Assembly: GCA_051294375.1 (NCBI GenBank)
Contig: CM119266.1
Span: 6,031,431-6,095,334, forward strand
Length of the DNA: 63,904 bases
Reading direction: 5' to 3'
Origin: Paraspadella gotoi
Lineage: Eukaryota > Animalia > Chaetognatha
The notes under the pieces are model-generated. The model was not told the origin of the DNA. It saw nothing but the letters and a program-made list of their open reading frames with translations, and ran no database searches. Below, piece by piece: positions 9,331 through 22,100 of the stretch. How positions within the stretch are numbered: position 1 is the first letter of the stretch; each line of letters starts with the position of its first letter. Both the position numbers and the translations under genes were made by a program.

Positions 9331-12300
9331 ATGTCCATCATCAAATCTCCCCGCAATTTCCTCCTTCGCATTTTCTCTTCTTTGACGTTGATCTTATTTC
9401 TACTCGGCGGCCATCTTGAATTCTCCCATGGATTCCCGACAGGTGGCGCCTCCTCTCCCTCCGACGAACAAAAGGCGTTGATCAAAACGATTTTCGACGT
9501 GGAATTCGGCGTCTGTTGCGTCGGCGTCGTTTTTAACGTCGTCCTCGTCGTCGTTTTCGTCCGAATCGTCGTCGACGTCGAAAGGCGAGGGCCACGCCCA
9601 CTTTTTCATCCGTCGAACTTCGTCGTTTTGGTTCTCAGGTTTTTTTTCAATTTCTTCGCAAACTATTTTATTCCCTGTTCCCGTCACTTTCCTTTCGCTA
9701 TTTTCTTTATTATCCTTTCTTTTCCTTTCCTTTTCTTTTCTTTTTTTTTCTTTTTTTATCTCTCCTTTCCTTTCCCTGTCTTTTCCTTTTTTTTCCTTAC
9801 CTTTCTTTTCCTTTCCTTTCATTTTCTCTGCCTTCCCTTCCGTCCCCTTCAGTTCCCTTCTCTTCATTTCCTTTTTCTTCTTCTTCCTTTTCTCTTCCTT
9901 TTTTTACCTTTCCTTTCTTTTCCTTTCCTTTCATTTCTTTGCCTTCCCTTCCGTCCTTCAGTCCCTCTCTTCATTTCCTTTTCTTCTTCTTCCTTTTCCT
10001 TCCTTTTGGACCTTTCCTTTCTTTTCCTTTCCTTTCATTTTCTTTGCCTTCCCTTCCGTCCCCTTCAGTTCCCTTCTCTTCATTTTCCTTTTCCTTTTTT
10101 TCTTATTCCTTTTCCTTCCTTTTTTTTTCTTTCTTTCATTCTTTTCTCTTCTCGTTCCCTTCCTTCCTTATTCTTCCTTTTCTTTCTCTCCTTTTCTTTT
10201 CCTTACCTTAACTCACCCCCCCTCCTTCCAGCGACCTGGCGATCGTCACCCTCAAAGCTGCGGCGATGAAGGGGGCGTTGTCTCCCCTTCCGTCCAAATA
10301 TCGCGACCTCTGGTTGCGTCTCTTCGTTCCGGCGTCGGTGGGCGTGGCGGCGTCGTTTTTTCTCTGCGCCATCGTCGCCGGCGTCGTCGCTTTGAGAGGA
10401 AAACAGCGCCGAGCGTCGAAATTGTAAGGAGGGGAGAAAAATTAGAGAAGGGGCGTTTGTTTGTTTATAGTTGTATATCGATTTATATTTGTTTTTATTT
10501 TTATATTTATATATCTCTTTTTTCTTTTTTTTTTCTGCCTTTTTCTCTTTTTTTCTTTCATTAGTCTTCGAGTTGTGACCCTATTTTCTTTCTTTCATTT
10601 TTTCTCTTTTTTATTCTTTCTCTCTTTCTTTCTTTTTTTTTTATTTCTTTCTCTCTTTCTTTCTCTCTTTCTTTCTTTTTTTCTTACTCCAAATGTGACT
10701 CAATTCTTTGTTTAAATTTTCTTTCTTTTTTCTTCATTTCTATATTGGCTTATTTCTCTGTTTATTCCTTATAATTTCCATTGTTTATTTTTAATATCAC
10801 TAGAAACCATTTGTGGCTCCTGTCTTACGTCGTGACAGGAATTCTAATTCCGGCTTCGCTCTACGTTTCCCAATTTTATTACGGCGAAAATAAAATCGTA
10901 AGTTGTTTACTGTTGTTTACTGTTGTTACATTGTTTGTTTCGTTATATAATTTTTAACCGTTGTTTTATTGTTCTTACAATTTTTATAACATATTCGGTC
11001 CATTCCTACCGTGGTGTAAAATTTCGTGTTTCGAATCTATGATTATTTATTAAATACTATTAATATAATAAATATTATATATACATTTATATATAAAAAT
11101 ATAAATAAATAAATAATAATAAATATCATTAATATTGTTAGTATTTTTTTTGTTTACAAATCTTGTGTCAGATTGTTATATAGTTTTTCTTTCTGGGTTT
11201 TTATCCCCCCCTCTTTCTCTCTCCCGGTCTGTCCCTTTTTCCTCTTTCCTTCATTATTGGTTTTCTTAGTATTGATTTTTTCCTCTGGTTTCTCCCATTT
11301 TTATTATTTTTTTTATCATAAAAAAATGAATAAATAAATTTTGACCCCTCCCCCCACGTAAAATGTCACGTAAAATGTACAATTTGTATCCGTTTTTACT
11401 GAAATTCCGCCATTTTGAAAAACAAGGATACGGAAGAGGCTCGTCTTTTTTCCTTCACTCGCCGCTCGATGTCGCTTTTCTCTTTCGTCGCTTTCGTCTT
11501 CGCCGTCGTCGCTATCGTCGTCAGTTTCGTCGCGGGTGTGCGGGTCAAAGGTAAGTTAGGTTCAGGGGTCAGTTAAAACTCAAAAGCTTGGTGGCAAAGG
11601 CCGATTGAAAAATTAACGGGTCAGCACTCCATCGAAGGGCGAAAGACCACGTTACCCACTTTGGGTCACTTTCAGTTGATCCCCGCGTACTAGGTCAGCA
11701 ACATTTTTAGACAGTTTGTCGATCTGTAGGTCTTTCTGTCTCTTCCACTTGCGTTAAAATGCACGTAAATTCTGTCCTCTTGGCCATTTTTAATTAATAA
11801 GTAGTTATTATTTGTCCGAGACTTAATTTTCCATATATTTCCTACTTGTTTAGTATGGTGATCTCTTAAATGATTATTTTCCTCATCCTATTTAATAATC
11901 GGACATCTACGTAATATGCAAATGAGAATGGAATCGAGGCTCGTAGCAAACAAATGAGCAGTCGCTCCCTCCTTTCTCTCCAGACATTCGCCTCCAATCG
12001 ACGACCATCGTCTCTCTCTCTATCTTTTTTCTTCTCACTCACTTCTCTTGGTTTTTCTATCACGACGAAGATTTTACGGACGTTTGCCGACTCAAGGCTT
12101 TGGAAGATTGGGAGAGCGAAGATTACTACGATAAGTAAGATGCCTGCTTGCTGTTACGGTTGCTGTTACCGTATTACGGTTGCTGTTATAGTTGATCCAA
12201 CTTATCATAGAGAAATTTCCATGTACAAGTTGACCTGAGGCATTGTCATGTATTCCGCCATTGAACTTCAATGGCGGAATACATGACATGACAATTTGAA

Positions 12301-14627
12301 GGATCTTATCATGCCTTCCAAGTTAAGCAGTATTCGATTAAAATTTCTTCATTGCCATTCTTTTCATTTCATTATTCTTTTTTATTTATTTAATTCCGGT
12401 CGTTTTTTGTCGGGTCTGCTTATCAGCAGATCCAGACTCTATAATTCACTTTGTCGGTCCGTTGTTCCGCCCCCTCAATATTGTCGGGCACTAACTTATA
12501 TCATCAGAACATCGAATTATGATAAATTATGCAAAAAAAATTATGTCCCGTTCCGTACGTCTGTCTGTCTGTCCTGTCTGTCTGTCTGTCTGTCTGTCTG
12601 TTCTGTCTGTCTGTCTGTCTGTTCTGTCTGTCCGTCCGTCCGTCCATCGCGTCCGTCCCACCTTAGCAAAAACACAAAATTACTCGTGATTGGATGGATG
12701 GATTGGAATGAAATTTTGTGTGTGGGTAGGGAAGGTGTGTGATTGAGCTGTATATGAAGTTGATGGAATCGTCCAAGTGGAAATGAGTTTAAAATGAAAA
12801 AAATAAAAAAAATAAATTTCACTATTTGAACACCAATTACTCAAGAGTGGATGGGGCGATTGACTTGAAAATTTTGTATTTGGGTAGGAAAGTGTGTGAT
12901 TGACTGGAAATCAGTTTCGATGGAATCGTTTTGAGTGGTAATGAGTTTAAATGGAAAAAAAAACATGTTTCACTAATTTATTATGCTTCTTTTTCTTTAT
13001 ATTAAATGTAAATGAAGGATGTATTAATAAATCAAATAATTAATCAGTTAATTAATCCAATTAGTCAATTAATTAATCAATAATTAATTAATTAGTCAAT
13101 CAATCCGTCCATCTGTCCATCTTAGCAAAAAGCTCCAATAACTCGTGATTGGCTGATTGGATTGGAATGAAATTTTGTGTCTGGGTAGGCAGTGTGAGAT
13201 GAAGCTGGATATAAAGTTTCGATGGAATCGTGCTAGTGGAAATGAGTTTAAATGGAAAAAAACCTAAGTTGGCATTTACTAAAATATTTTTACTTATTTA
13301 TAACAATAAATACTATTTTAATTATAATTAGATGGATAGATTGAGTTGAAATTTTGTGTGTGGTAGGAAAGTGGTGACGAAGCTATACAAAGTTTCGGTG
13401 GAAACGTACGAGTGGAAATGAGTTTAAATTAAAAAAATATGAGTCACATTTACTTAAATCTTTTTGCTTTCAACGATCTTGTTAGTCCTGCAATGTTACT
13501 TATTTTAACCCATAATTACTCGAATTAATCATAATTTGAATTAATAGATTGAAAAGGATAGTGTGTGAAGAAGCTAGATATAAAGTTTTGAAGGAATTGT
13601 GCCAGTGGAAATGAGTTTAAATGGAAAAAACATAAGTCACATTTACTTGAATCTTTTTTATTTATGATTACTAATAAATGTTTTCATTAATTAATTAATT
13701 AATTTGAAAAAATGATACAATTTAAAAAAATTATGCAAGTTGAAAAAAATATGCAAGTTGAAAAAATTATGCCAGTTGAAAAAATATGCAAGTTGAAAAA
13801 AATTATGCAAGTTGAAAAAATTATGCAAGTTGAAAAAAATTATGCAAGTTGAAGAAATTATGCAAGTTGAAAAAATTATGCAAGTTGAAAAAATGATGCA
13901 AGTTAAAAAAAATGATGCGAATTGTAAAAATGATGTAAATTGAAAAATGATGAGTTGAAAAATTATGTGGGTGAAAAAAATTATGCGAGTTGAAAAAATG
14001 ATGCGAGTTAAAAAAATGATGCGAGTTAAAAAATTTTTAAAAAATATTGTGATTTATCATCTGATTAGCAGATTACCGCTTAATTATTGTAGGCAGATCC
14101 GACATTGTTTGCTCAAACATGTTAAAGCAAAAACGGCTTATTTCCGTTTAATTCTATTCTGGATATTTCTTTTATATTTCATTTTATCTTTTTACATTAG
14201 AAGTGAACTCTTATTCTTTGAATATATTCCATTATGTCTCATTGTATCTTCATTCCATTTAATCCACTATTTTCCCTCCCATTTCGTTTCATCCCCTCTC
14301 TTCCCCCCCCCCATTCTTCCCCCCCCTTTCTCCCCCCCCCAAAAAAAAAGCCTGGATTTCTCCGACGACTGCAGCATGAAGCTCAGGTCTCCGTCGATCT
14401 CTGCATCGTCTGCTCCGCTTCCTTCAAACTCTTCCTCCTGTCTGCTGCGGCGGGCGGCGTTCCGTCGGGCGCTCTGCTGCTGCGGTGCTGCGGGTGCAGC
14501 AAAGAATGCGCTCGGTTGCGGCGCTGAAGAGGCGGAGGCGGCGGGGGACACGAAGGCGGTCAAGTGGGACTACGTGGCGACGAATCGCGAGGCGGACTCG
14601 CCGGTGCTCATGGTGGAGGAAGTTTAG
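9331..14627 (+). CDS. Six-exon divergent rhodopsin-like (class A) GPCR-like membrane protein, about 381 aa, with signal peptide
   Basis: Exons 9331-9638, 10232-10423, 10804-10897, 11427-11550, 11984-12134, 14351-14627. All introns are GT-AG with matching phases (2,2,0,1,2); total 1146 nt. Spliced product: signal peptide, TM1 'VGVVFNVVLVVVF', TM2 'PSNFVVLVLSDLAIV', TM3 'VPASVGVAASFFLCAIVAGVV', TM4 'LWLLSYVVTGILIP', TM5 'LFSFVAFVFAVVAIVVSF', TM6 'IVSLSIFFLLTHFSWFFY', helix-8-like 'AFRRALCCC'. The TM7 frame is problematic (see findings). Confidence 0.75.
9700..10210. repeat. Pyrimidine-rich low-complexity tract with internal duplications (GPCR-like intron 1)
   Basis: Directly visible; 'gccttcccttccgtcc' occurs three times. 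Confidence 0.9.
12244..12288. repeat. Perfect palindrome, 22-bp arms with 1-nt spacer
   Basis: tgtcatgtattccgccattgaa-c-ttcaatggcggaatacatgaca. Confidence 0.95.
12403..14149 (+). mobile_element. Non-autonomous Helentron/HINE (DINE-1-like) element in intron 5 of the GPCR-like gene
   Basis: Subterminal inverted repeats tgtcgggtctgc (12408-12419) and gcagatccgaca (14093-14104). Partial internal inverted copy gcagatcc (12426-12433), GTCY microsatellite (about 12560-12657), repeated internal blocks ('tgaaattttgtgtg..gggtagg...gtggaaatgagtttaaa'), 3' hairpin aaacgg/ccgttt (14131-14149), T-rich flanks. Confidence 0.7.
13725..14032. repeat. 18-19 bp minisatellite (gaaaaaattatgcaagtt)n inside the HINE-like element
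   Basis: Visible tandem copies that degenerate towards the right. Confidence 0.9.
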
Positions 14628-17237
14628 CGGATTTGCAATGGGTGGGGGTGTTTGAGAAAAGGGGTTGGCTTCAGCAAGAAGATGCTTCAGATTGAAGGTC
14701 GTATCTAGCCAGGTACTGGGCGACTTTTTAAATCGGAATAGTTGGACAATGGACAATTGTTTGTTTGGACAACGGATGTGAACTGTGAAAGCGTTAACGG
14801 AAGTTTACTTGCTGAGGGAAAGACAAACCAAAGACACTCGGATAAAAAATGCGCCCGTTTGACGTCAATTTCGTCGTTTTGTTATGTATATTTTATAGTA
14901 CAACTGTATCAAATTTTATCAAAGTGGTACAAACCATTATTCATTCCTTCAATAAACGAGAATTTTAGCCCCTGACTTCGGCGAGTGTTTGTAATTGGGT
15001 TTTTATCGTAAAAACCAAAAGAAATTTTCGAGGACGGCCGAGGCTCGGTTTGCCTTTGGCGCATGAGTTCAGTCCCGCGATACGAAAGGTCTCGGGTTCG
15101 ACGCCACCCGACCCTTCTTACTTCAACAGCATCCGCGTCCCATCCCATCCGCCAGCTGCCTCTGAGTGTATGACCTTTTGATGTGGGTCACGTGAGTAAT
15201 TTTGGGTCATCCTCATGTCGATTCCGATCGTCACGTGACTTTTCAAGATCGAGATTTGAACTCGAGGCGCTAAAATTGGTCTGACTCTGTCCTTGGTTCA
15301 TAAATTTGTCGGCAGCTTTGGACATAACATAACATAACATAACATTGTAAAGACGTTAACACAACCTGGTAAATTGTAATACTTAATCCAAAGTCAAAGC
15401 TTTCTTTTTTAACTGCACTTCAAAAATACATAAATTTAAAAAAAAAAGAGCTTTTTATTTCAATTTTTTTTAGATTCTATTTACTTCTATAAATCGCTAA
15501 CGGAAATGAAGCAATTACACGACTGTACATCTTACATCAATGTAGGCTTGTTATTTGGCAAAAAAAAAAGGAAAAAAAAAGAAAAAAAAAGGCACGACAA
15601 TGGAAGAAACACTCATGCAATGAAAAAAAAATGTTACTACTTTCTTTTTTTTGGAAAAAGAAAAAAAAATAAAAGGAAAGATAAAAATGTGAGCGAAAAA
15701 GTGGGGATTTTCTCTTTTACTTCAGACGAACCGACTTTATTTACATAATAATATATCGTTTCGGACCTTTTAAAATACTACCAACCATAATCGTTTTTAG
15801 TAGGTTTTTTAAACTCTGATTGTTAAAAAGAAATATTTAAAAAATATGGTTTTTGTTATTTTTACTACAGAAAAAGCCAACAGAGATCTTGAACAAAGAA
15901 GCCGAGAGCTAAAAAATAAATGTTGCGGGTAAAATATATGTGTTTGTAGTTTGTTTTTTTTTGTTTTTTTTTTGTTTTTTGTTTTATTTGTATTTTTTTT
16001 TTAATCATCAGTCTCTCCAATTACAAAAATGTAAAATTTACATCCTAGTTATTTGGTTTTTGTTTTTTTTAAAAAGCGTTCACAAAAAAATAAAGGAATA
16101 CAAAAATTCAAAAATTCGCATGTAAAAAACATTGGGCTATAAAAGGCTGACGGACAAAAAATTGAACTCTCATGGCTGCAATTATTAAGAAAAAACAAAT
16201 GTCTAAAAAGCTGCGGAAAATATTTTTTTGAGCCGGTGAAATATTATAAAGAAAGGGAAAGTTTCCATTTTTTTTTACATTTCCGATTCCGTGTCCAAAG
16301 TCGTTTCCCTTTTGTTTGGAAAAGTAATTACCTTTTTTGTTATTTACCCTTAAGTCTAGACCCGGTTATGTGAAATGGTTAAGAAATTCTTATTGTCTCT
16401 GAGATCACGTGACCTCTCTATCAAAAATTAAGGAAACTTGCAAAAATTGTAATTTGTGTGTTTGTGTGAGTCTGTGATTTACATTATGTTTTTTTTTGTT
16501 TTTGGTTTGTTTTTTTTTTTTTTTTTTGCCTTTTTAATCTCATAGTCGAAACGGATAATCCAAAAAGATGTTTTTTTTAACTTTCAATTAAAACCGGCAG
16601 ATATGAATATAGATCAGAAGGATTCGCAAGGCAAAAAGTTTGTAGGCAGTAAAAAGAATCTAAAATAGAAGGCAAACTATTTCTCCACGGAAAATAAAAG
16701 ATATACCGTTTATTTTTCTATTTAAAAATTAGATTAAAAATCCTTTATGAATCCTAGATATCATAGAATACAAGTGTGTTTTTTTTTTAAACATTATTTT
16801 TGGCGGCATCAAAAGAAAAAAAAACTAATTGGGTTTTGGGGGCAGAAAAAACTTTTATTAAAAAAAAAGGAGGAAGACGAAAAATACCCACGAATATACA
16901 TAGAAGAGATTGGAATAAGAGCTAAATCTACATCAATACACAAAATAATAATAATAATAATACTTCATCGAAACAAATTTTGTACACTTGACTTTTTTAT
17001 GCTTGTGATAACGATGATGATAGATATTTATGAGGTCGCTTGATGCATTCAAGAATATTTAAACTAAAAAATAAATATCTTTTTCAATCTCATTAGATGA
17101 AAATGTTTAACTGTAAATAAATTTTGACTAAAGTAATTTTTTTTAATAAAATAGGTCTAAAAATTTAATAATTTTGGTTGACGCATAATTTAGTACATAA
17201 TGATAATTGTCATGTTGAGTGCAATAAAGATAAAAAA

Positions 17238-17238
17238 G

Positions 17239-17333
<95 letters not shown>
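17238..17333. repeat. (AAAG)n microsatellite
   Basis: Directly visible. Confidence 0.97.
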
Positions 17334-18012
17334 ATATGAGTAAGAAAAAGAAAAGTTATTCAAGAAAGATGATTTAATGAATGACAAGAGAAGATGATTC
17401 AGAGAGATTTACGAAGAAAATTCAGACAAAAATGTGAATGAGCTTTTTGGAAGCAAAAAAAAAAGTCCCAGAAAAGAAAAAAGTAATGAATTGAAAAATG
17501 TGATGTGATGAGAGGAAAAAATGTGAAGAAAAAAATAGTAGAAAATCACAATCACGGAGTTTGGTGAATTAAGAGATTCGAGAATTGTCGTCTCTACGGA
17601 GTTGGATATTTTAATTTTTAAAATGTATCGATTTAACTTAAACTTAAACTTAAAAGAAAAGTTTAAGCGAAGAAACGACCAAGAAACTCGTTATTATCTG
17701 TTGATTGGTTATTTTTTTATTCACCCCCGTCGCTCGGTTTAAATTTTTTTTTAAACTTGGAAATTACAAATGCAACTTGTTTCAACTTTATAACTGTTTA
17801 AACTTTAGGTTTAACTATTTAATGATTATCTTTTTTAAAAAAGCAGCATAGTATTTGAAAAAAGTTTTTACAAAATCTAAATTAACGCAGAGCCGAAAAT
17901 TCTCTATCCTTCTAGTGATAAGAATCGAGATATAGCTATCAGGATCGTTATCACTATCACCGCTTGGCGACTAGTTGAGGCTTCCTTCGTTGGTATGGGA
18001 GAGGGGAGAGAA

Positions 18013-18049
<37 letters not shown>

Positions 18050-18055
18050 GAGAAG

Positions 18056-18099
<44 letters not shown>

Positions 18100-18478
18100 G
18101 TTGAGAACGGCCGCTCAGGCGCAAACGCTCGGTTCGAACGTCCACTGGGCCAAAAATCGCCCTCCCGCTTCGGCCGAGCGTTTGCGGCCAAAAAAAGTGC
18201 TTGGGGGGGGCCCCGTAATTGCTTGGGGCCCCGAAATTGCTTGTATCGAGCGCTCGAATCATCTTCCCCCCCTACCGCGCGATAAGGATTCCCCGCCCCC
18301 CCCCTTTCGCGGTTGCCAAGCTGCTTGTCCCGTGGTTTTATCTTTTTTGTTTCAATTTTTTTTTCGAAGGTCGCGCGACGCTGTTGGACGAGACGGCGCG
18401 GCGCGGCGCCAGCGATATTTTTTTTATATAAAAGGGAAAAAAAATTCGGCGCTGGCGTGCAAAAGATGCGGCGCTGCA

Positions 18479-19092
18479 TCACAGAATGCTGCAGCACTGC
18501 AGTTTCTTCTTCGCCTCTTCCTTCGATTCCGCCGCTGCTATGCCGACCTCACCTGAAAAAAGAGAAAAACAAAATAGCATTCGGATGCGGGGGAGTTTTA
18601 TACTGGCGCGCCCCTGGTGGGGATCGATGGAATTATGAAGAACTTAGTGATTCCATAAAAGTGTCCCAGAGCAATCGTTTTTACCGAGAATATTTTAGTA
18701 TTCAAATATGTTTAATCGTAATTGAAAACGTTTTTCAATCAATTATAGTAATTATTGAGCTCATGAATTAATTTTGTTTTCTTTCTCGAATTTTTTTCCC
18801 GTATTGACTAATTCGTCCCGACTAAGATTATTTTGGAGAGAGAGACAGAGAGAGAGATAGTTACACATGTTTGACAAGCATCCCTAAGGGAAAGCTTTTT
18901 AGAAAGAAGATTGATTTCCGAAATTGGATGATTTAAAAAATAATCACTGAAGGAAAATAAAGATTTTTTTTTCTTTTCTTTCTTTTTTTTTCATTTTTAA
19001 TTTTAGTAGATCGAGTGATTTAAAACTTTTAACCCGAAATTTGACGTTGACGTTGAAATTTAAAAAAGGAATAATTGTTGAAATTATCTATT

Positions 19093-19155
<63 letters not shown>

Positions 19156-22100
19156 ACCGGCGGCGTCCTCTGCTTTCTTGGCGGCGTCGTCTGCTGCGCC
19201 TTCTACCGCCTCCGCCGCGTCGGCTGCGGCTCCTTCTGCCTTTTCGGTCACGGCCTCTTTTACCTAAAGAGGAAAATTATTAATTATAATTTATTACTTA
19301 TTTTTCCCTTATTTTCACTTAGTAGTATAGTTACTGATGGACTTTTTCATTAAATCTGAATAAGAATAAGAAATAACATATTTTTAATGAGATGGCGTTG
19401 TGATGAAACGGCATTAAGCGGTCGCCCAGTTGTGATTGACAAACGGCGAATGACCAAAAATGAATCATTAATTCTTTTCGAAGGAAAGAATAAACTGCGT
19501 GACTCACTTTGTGTTATTATAAGAATTATAATAATAAAATAATGGCTAGACAACGAAAATAACACATGAACAATAAATAACACATAATTCGATTTAATCT
19601 ACTAAATAGTATAAGTATTTCGAGGGCTACTGGCAATTCCGTGACTAAACATTAACCACAAATAAGTATCATTTTTAGAACATCATTGTCATAGTTATTA
19701 GATTGTTACTTTGATCGCATATTTGCATTCATACATTATTACTCTTGATTTGATCTTCTTTTCTTTTTTTTCTTCCCTTTACTTAGAGCTTTTTATTTAG
19801 AATTTGTTACTGATTGATGTTTTGTTTGTTACAATATCTAAAACATAACCCGAATAAAAAAAAAATACATTAAACGGAATCATAGATTCTAGGAAATACT
19901 TCAAAATGCTAATGAGATTAAGGTACCATTCAATCAAATCAAATCAATCAGCTCAATCGTCATTTTTTTTCTTTACTAATGTCATCTTCATCTTCATCTT
20001 CATCTTCATTAGATAATTTAAAACCCGAGAATTGAAAAAAAAAACTTTTTCAACAGACGGAAACTCTTTTTCCAAAATATGATTCATCCTTTCCAAATCC
20101 ATGACGCATTCTCCATCCTAGTCCCCCGACCCCGAAATTTGAAGTGAAACTCTTGCTTCGTAGCTTATGATTAACATAGACAAATTGTAGCAATATTCAC
20201 TATATTAAATAAAATATTATGAAAAATTTCCAAATTATTTGTTTTACTACATTAAACAAAATAAAACTAAATTTTAAACAAATATATGTCATTATAAAAG
20301 TTTAAAATATTTTTATACAAGAAGTTAAAATTAATAAATATTAAGTTTATTTCATATTTAATTAATATAATGGGGAGAAGAATGTTAGTATTGCCTTCTG
20401 GAAATGTTAAATTCTAAGCGTTAATATTTTTTAAAAATGCAAACCTGCTTTATTGGATTTTCTGGACAAATAACACTTTTATTTTTGTTTCTTTTACTCC
20501 TTCTCTATAAATGTATATATATCTTGTACGACTTAGTCCACCGCCTTTCTCCCCCACGAACCCTTCACCCCAACACCCAACACCCCCTCTACCCCAACAC
20601 CCCTCTACCCCAACACCCCCTCTACCCCAACAGCCCCCTCTACCCGAACCCACCTCCTCGATCTTTTCCGCGACTTGTTCCTTCACTTCCTCCACCTTCT
20701 CCTTTCCCGCCTCCACGCCCTCCTGCAGAGTCTCCTCCGCCTTCTGAGTGACGCCCGTCACCGCGTCGCCCGCGGAGGAGGCCTGGTTGTGGATACGGGG
20801 GTGTGAGGCGGAAGCGGGTTGGGGAAAGAGTGTGGGTAAAGAGTGAGGAAATGAGGTATGTGGGTGGAAGGGTTGTGGGAAGAGTGTGGGTAAAGAGTGA
20901 GGGAAATGGTGTGGTGTAAGGGTTTGGGGAAAGAGTGTGTGGTAAAGAGTGAGGGAAATGGTGTGGGGGGAAGGGGTGTGGGGGGAAGAGTGTGGGTAAA
21001 GAGTGAGGGAAATGGGTGTGGGGAAGGGGTTTTGGGGAAAAGCATTGTGGGGTAAAGATGTGAGGGAAATGGTGGGAGAAGGGTTGTGTAAGAGATGGGT
21101 AAAGAGTGAGGGAAATGGTGTGGGGGGAAGGGGTTGTGGGGGGAAGAGTGGGTAAAGAGTGTGGAGAAGGATTGGGAACAGATAGGAAATAGTGAAGAAG
21201 GTGAGGAAAAGGTAAGTGAAATGGGAACGGGCGGAGAAGGGTGGGGAAGTTTTCGGGAAAGGGGAAGGGACGGGATAAGTGCAGTTAAAAAAGTAAGTCG
21301 CATTAAATCGTAATTCATATTTTGTATTATCGATGTTGTAACTACTTCTTCGGCAGTACGACATATCTTTTTCGAAAACATTTGAACGATTGCGAAAAGC
21401 TAAATGTGATACTTGGTGAAAGATCACGTGTGAAGGAAGAAATCCGTTCGACGCTAACTTGATTCCCATTATTTAATTTTATAATCATTACATTTTTACA
21501 CGATGTTCAATTGTTCTTCTCACGTCGATCGCGGATTCTTTCACCGGAGTCTTTGTGAATCTAGAGTCGTGAAATTCACGATTCGTCTCAGTGAATGTAA
21601 CGTTGAGCGCGTGACGAGACTCTGAGAGTAGCTCATGAATTTTCGATCACCGAAAATGTAAAATACTTTTTTTAACAAAGTGAATTTAAAAAAAAAATTC
21701 GATCTAAGGTTTTATAGTTTAAAATAGAAGCTTAAATTTAAAAAGAAAGGAAGGAAGAAAGAAATAGAATCCTATTACAGCGAAAACGAGGCTGAAACGA
21801 GACAAAAAAAAAAGCCTTTGTGTCGCGGCCATCTTGAATTTTTTTGTTTATTTTCAAGAACGCTCGATATTGGCGGAATTTGTGAATTGTGATGACAACG
21901 TATTACTTAACATTTTAGTAAGATATACATACTAAGGCCGTAGTAAAATTTCTAAATTTAACTTTAATTAAAATTCTAAAAGTAAGAAACGACCACACAT
22001 TATATTAATGAACATTTATGTAATATAAAAATTTATAATAAATTTTACAATTTACGCAGTAGGCCATATTTATACTAGTACTAAACCAATAAATGTTAAA

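Noticed and set aside
9286-10269. 327-aa hydrophobic ORF as a single membrane protein
   Set aside because: Only 9331-9638 is exon-like; the Phe/Leu/Ser-rich remainder is translated pyrimidine-rich intron.
14267-14756. Minus-strand ORFs overlapping the last GPCR-like exon
   Set aside because: They are antisense shadows of a GC-rich + strand exon, with no independent splice or motif support.
15036-15112. tRNA or SINE head suggested by B-box-like GGTTCGACGCC
   Set aside because: No cloverleaf or convincing A box could be drawn.
20450-21469. 339-aa minus-strand ORF
   Set aside because: It is read-through of minisatellite introns; only 20782-20654 is exonic.
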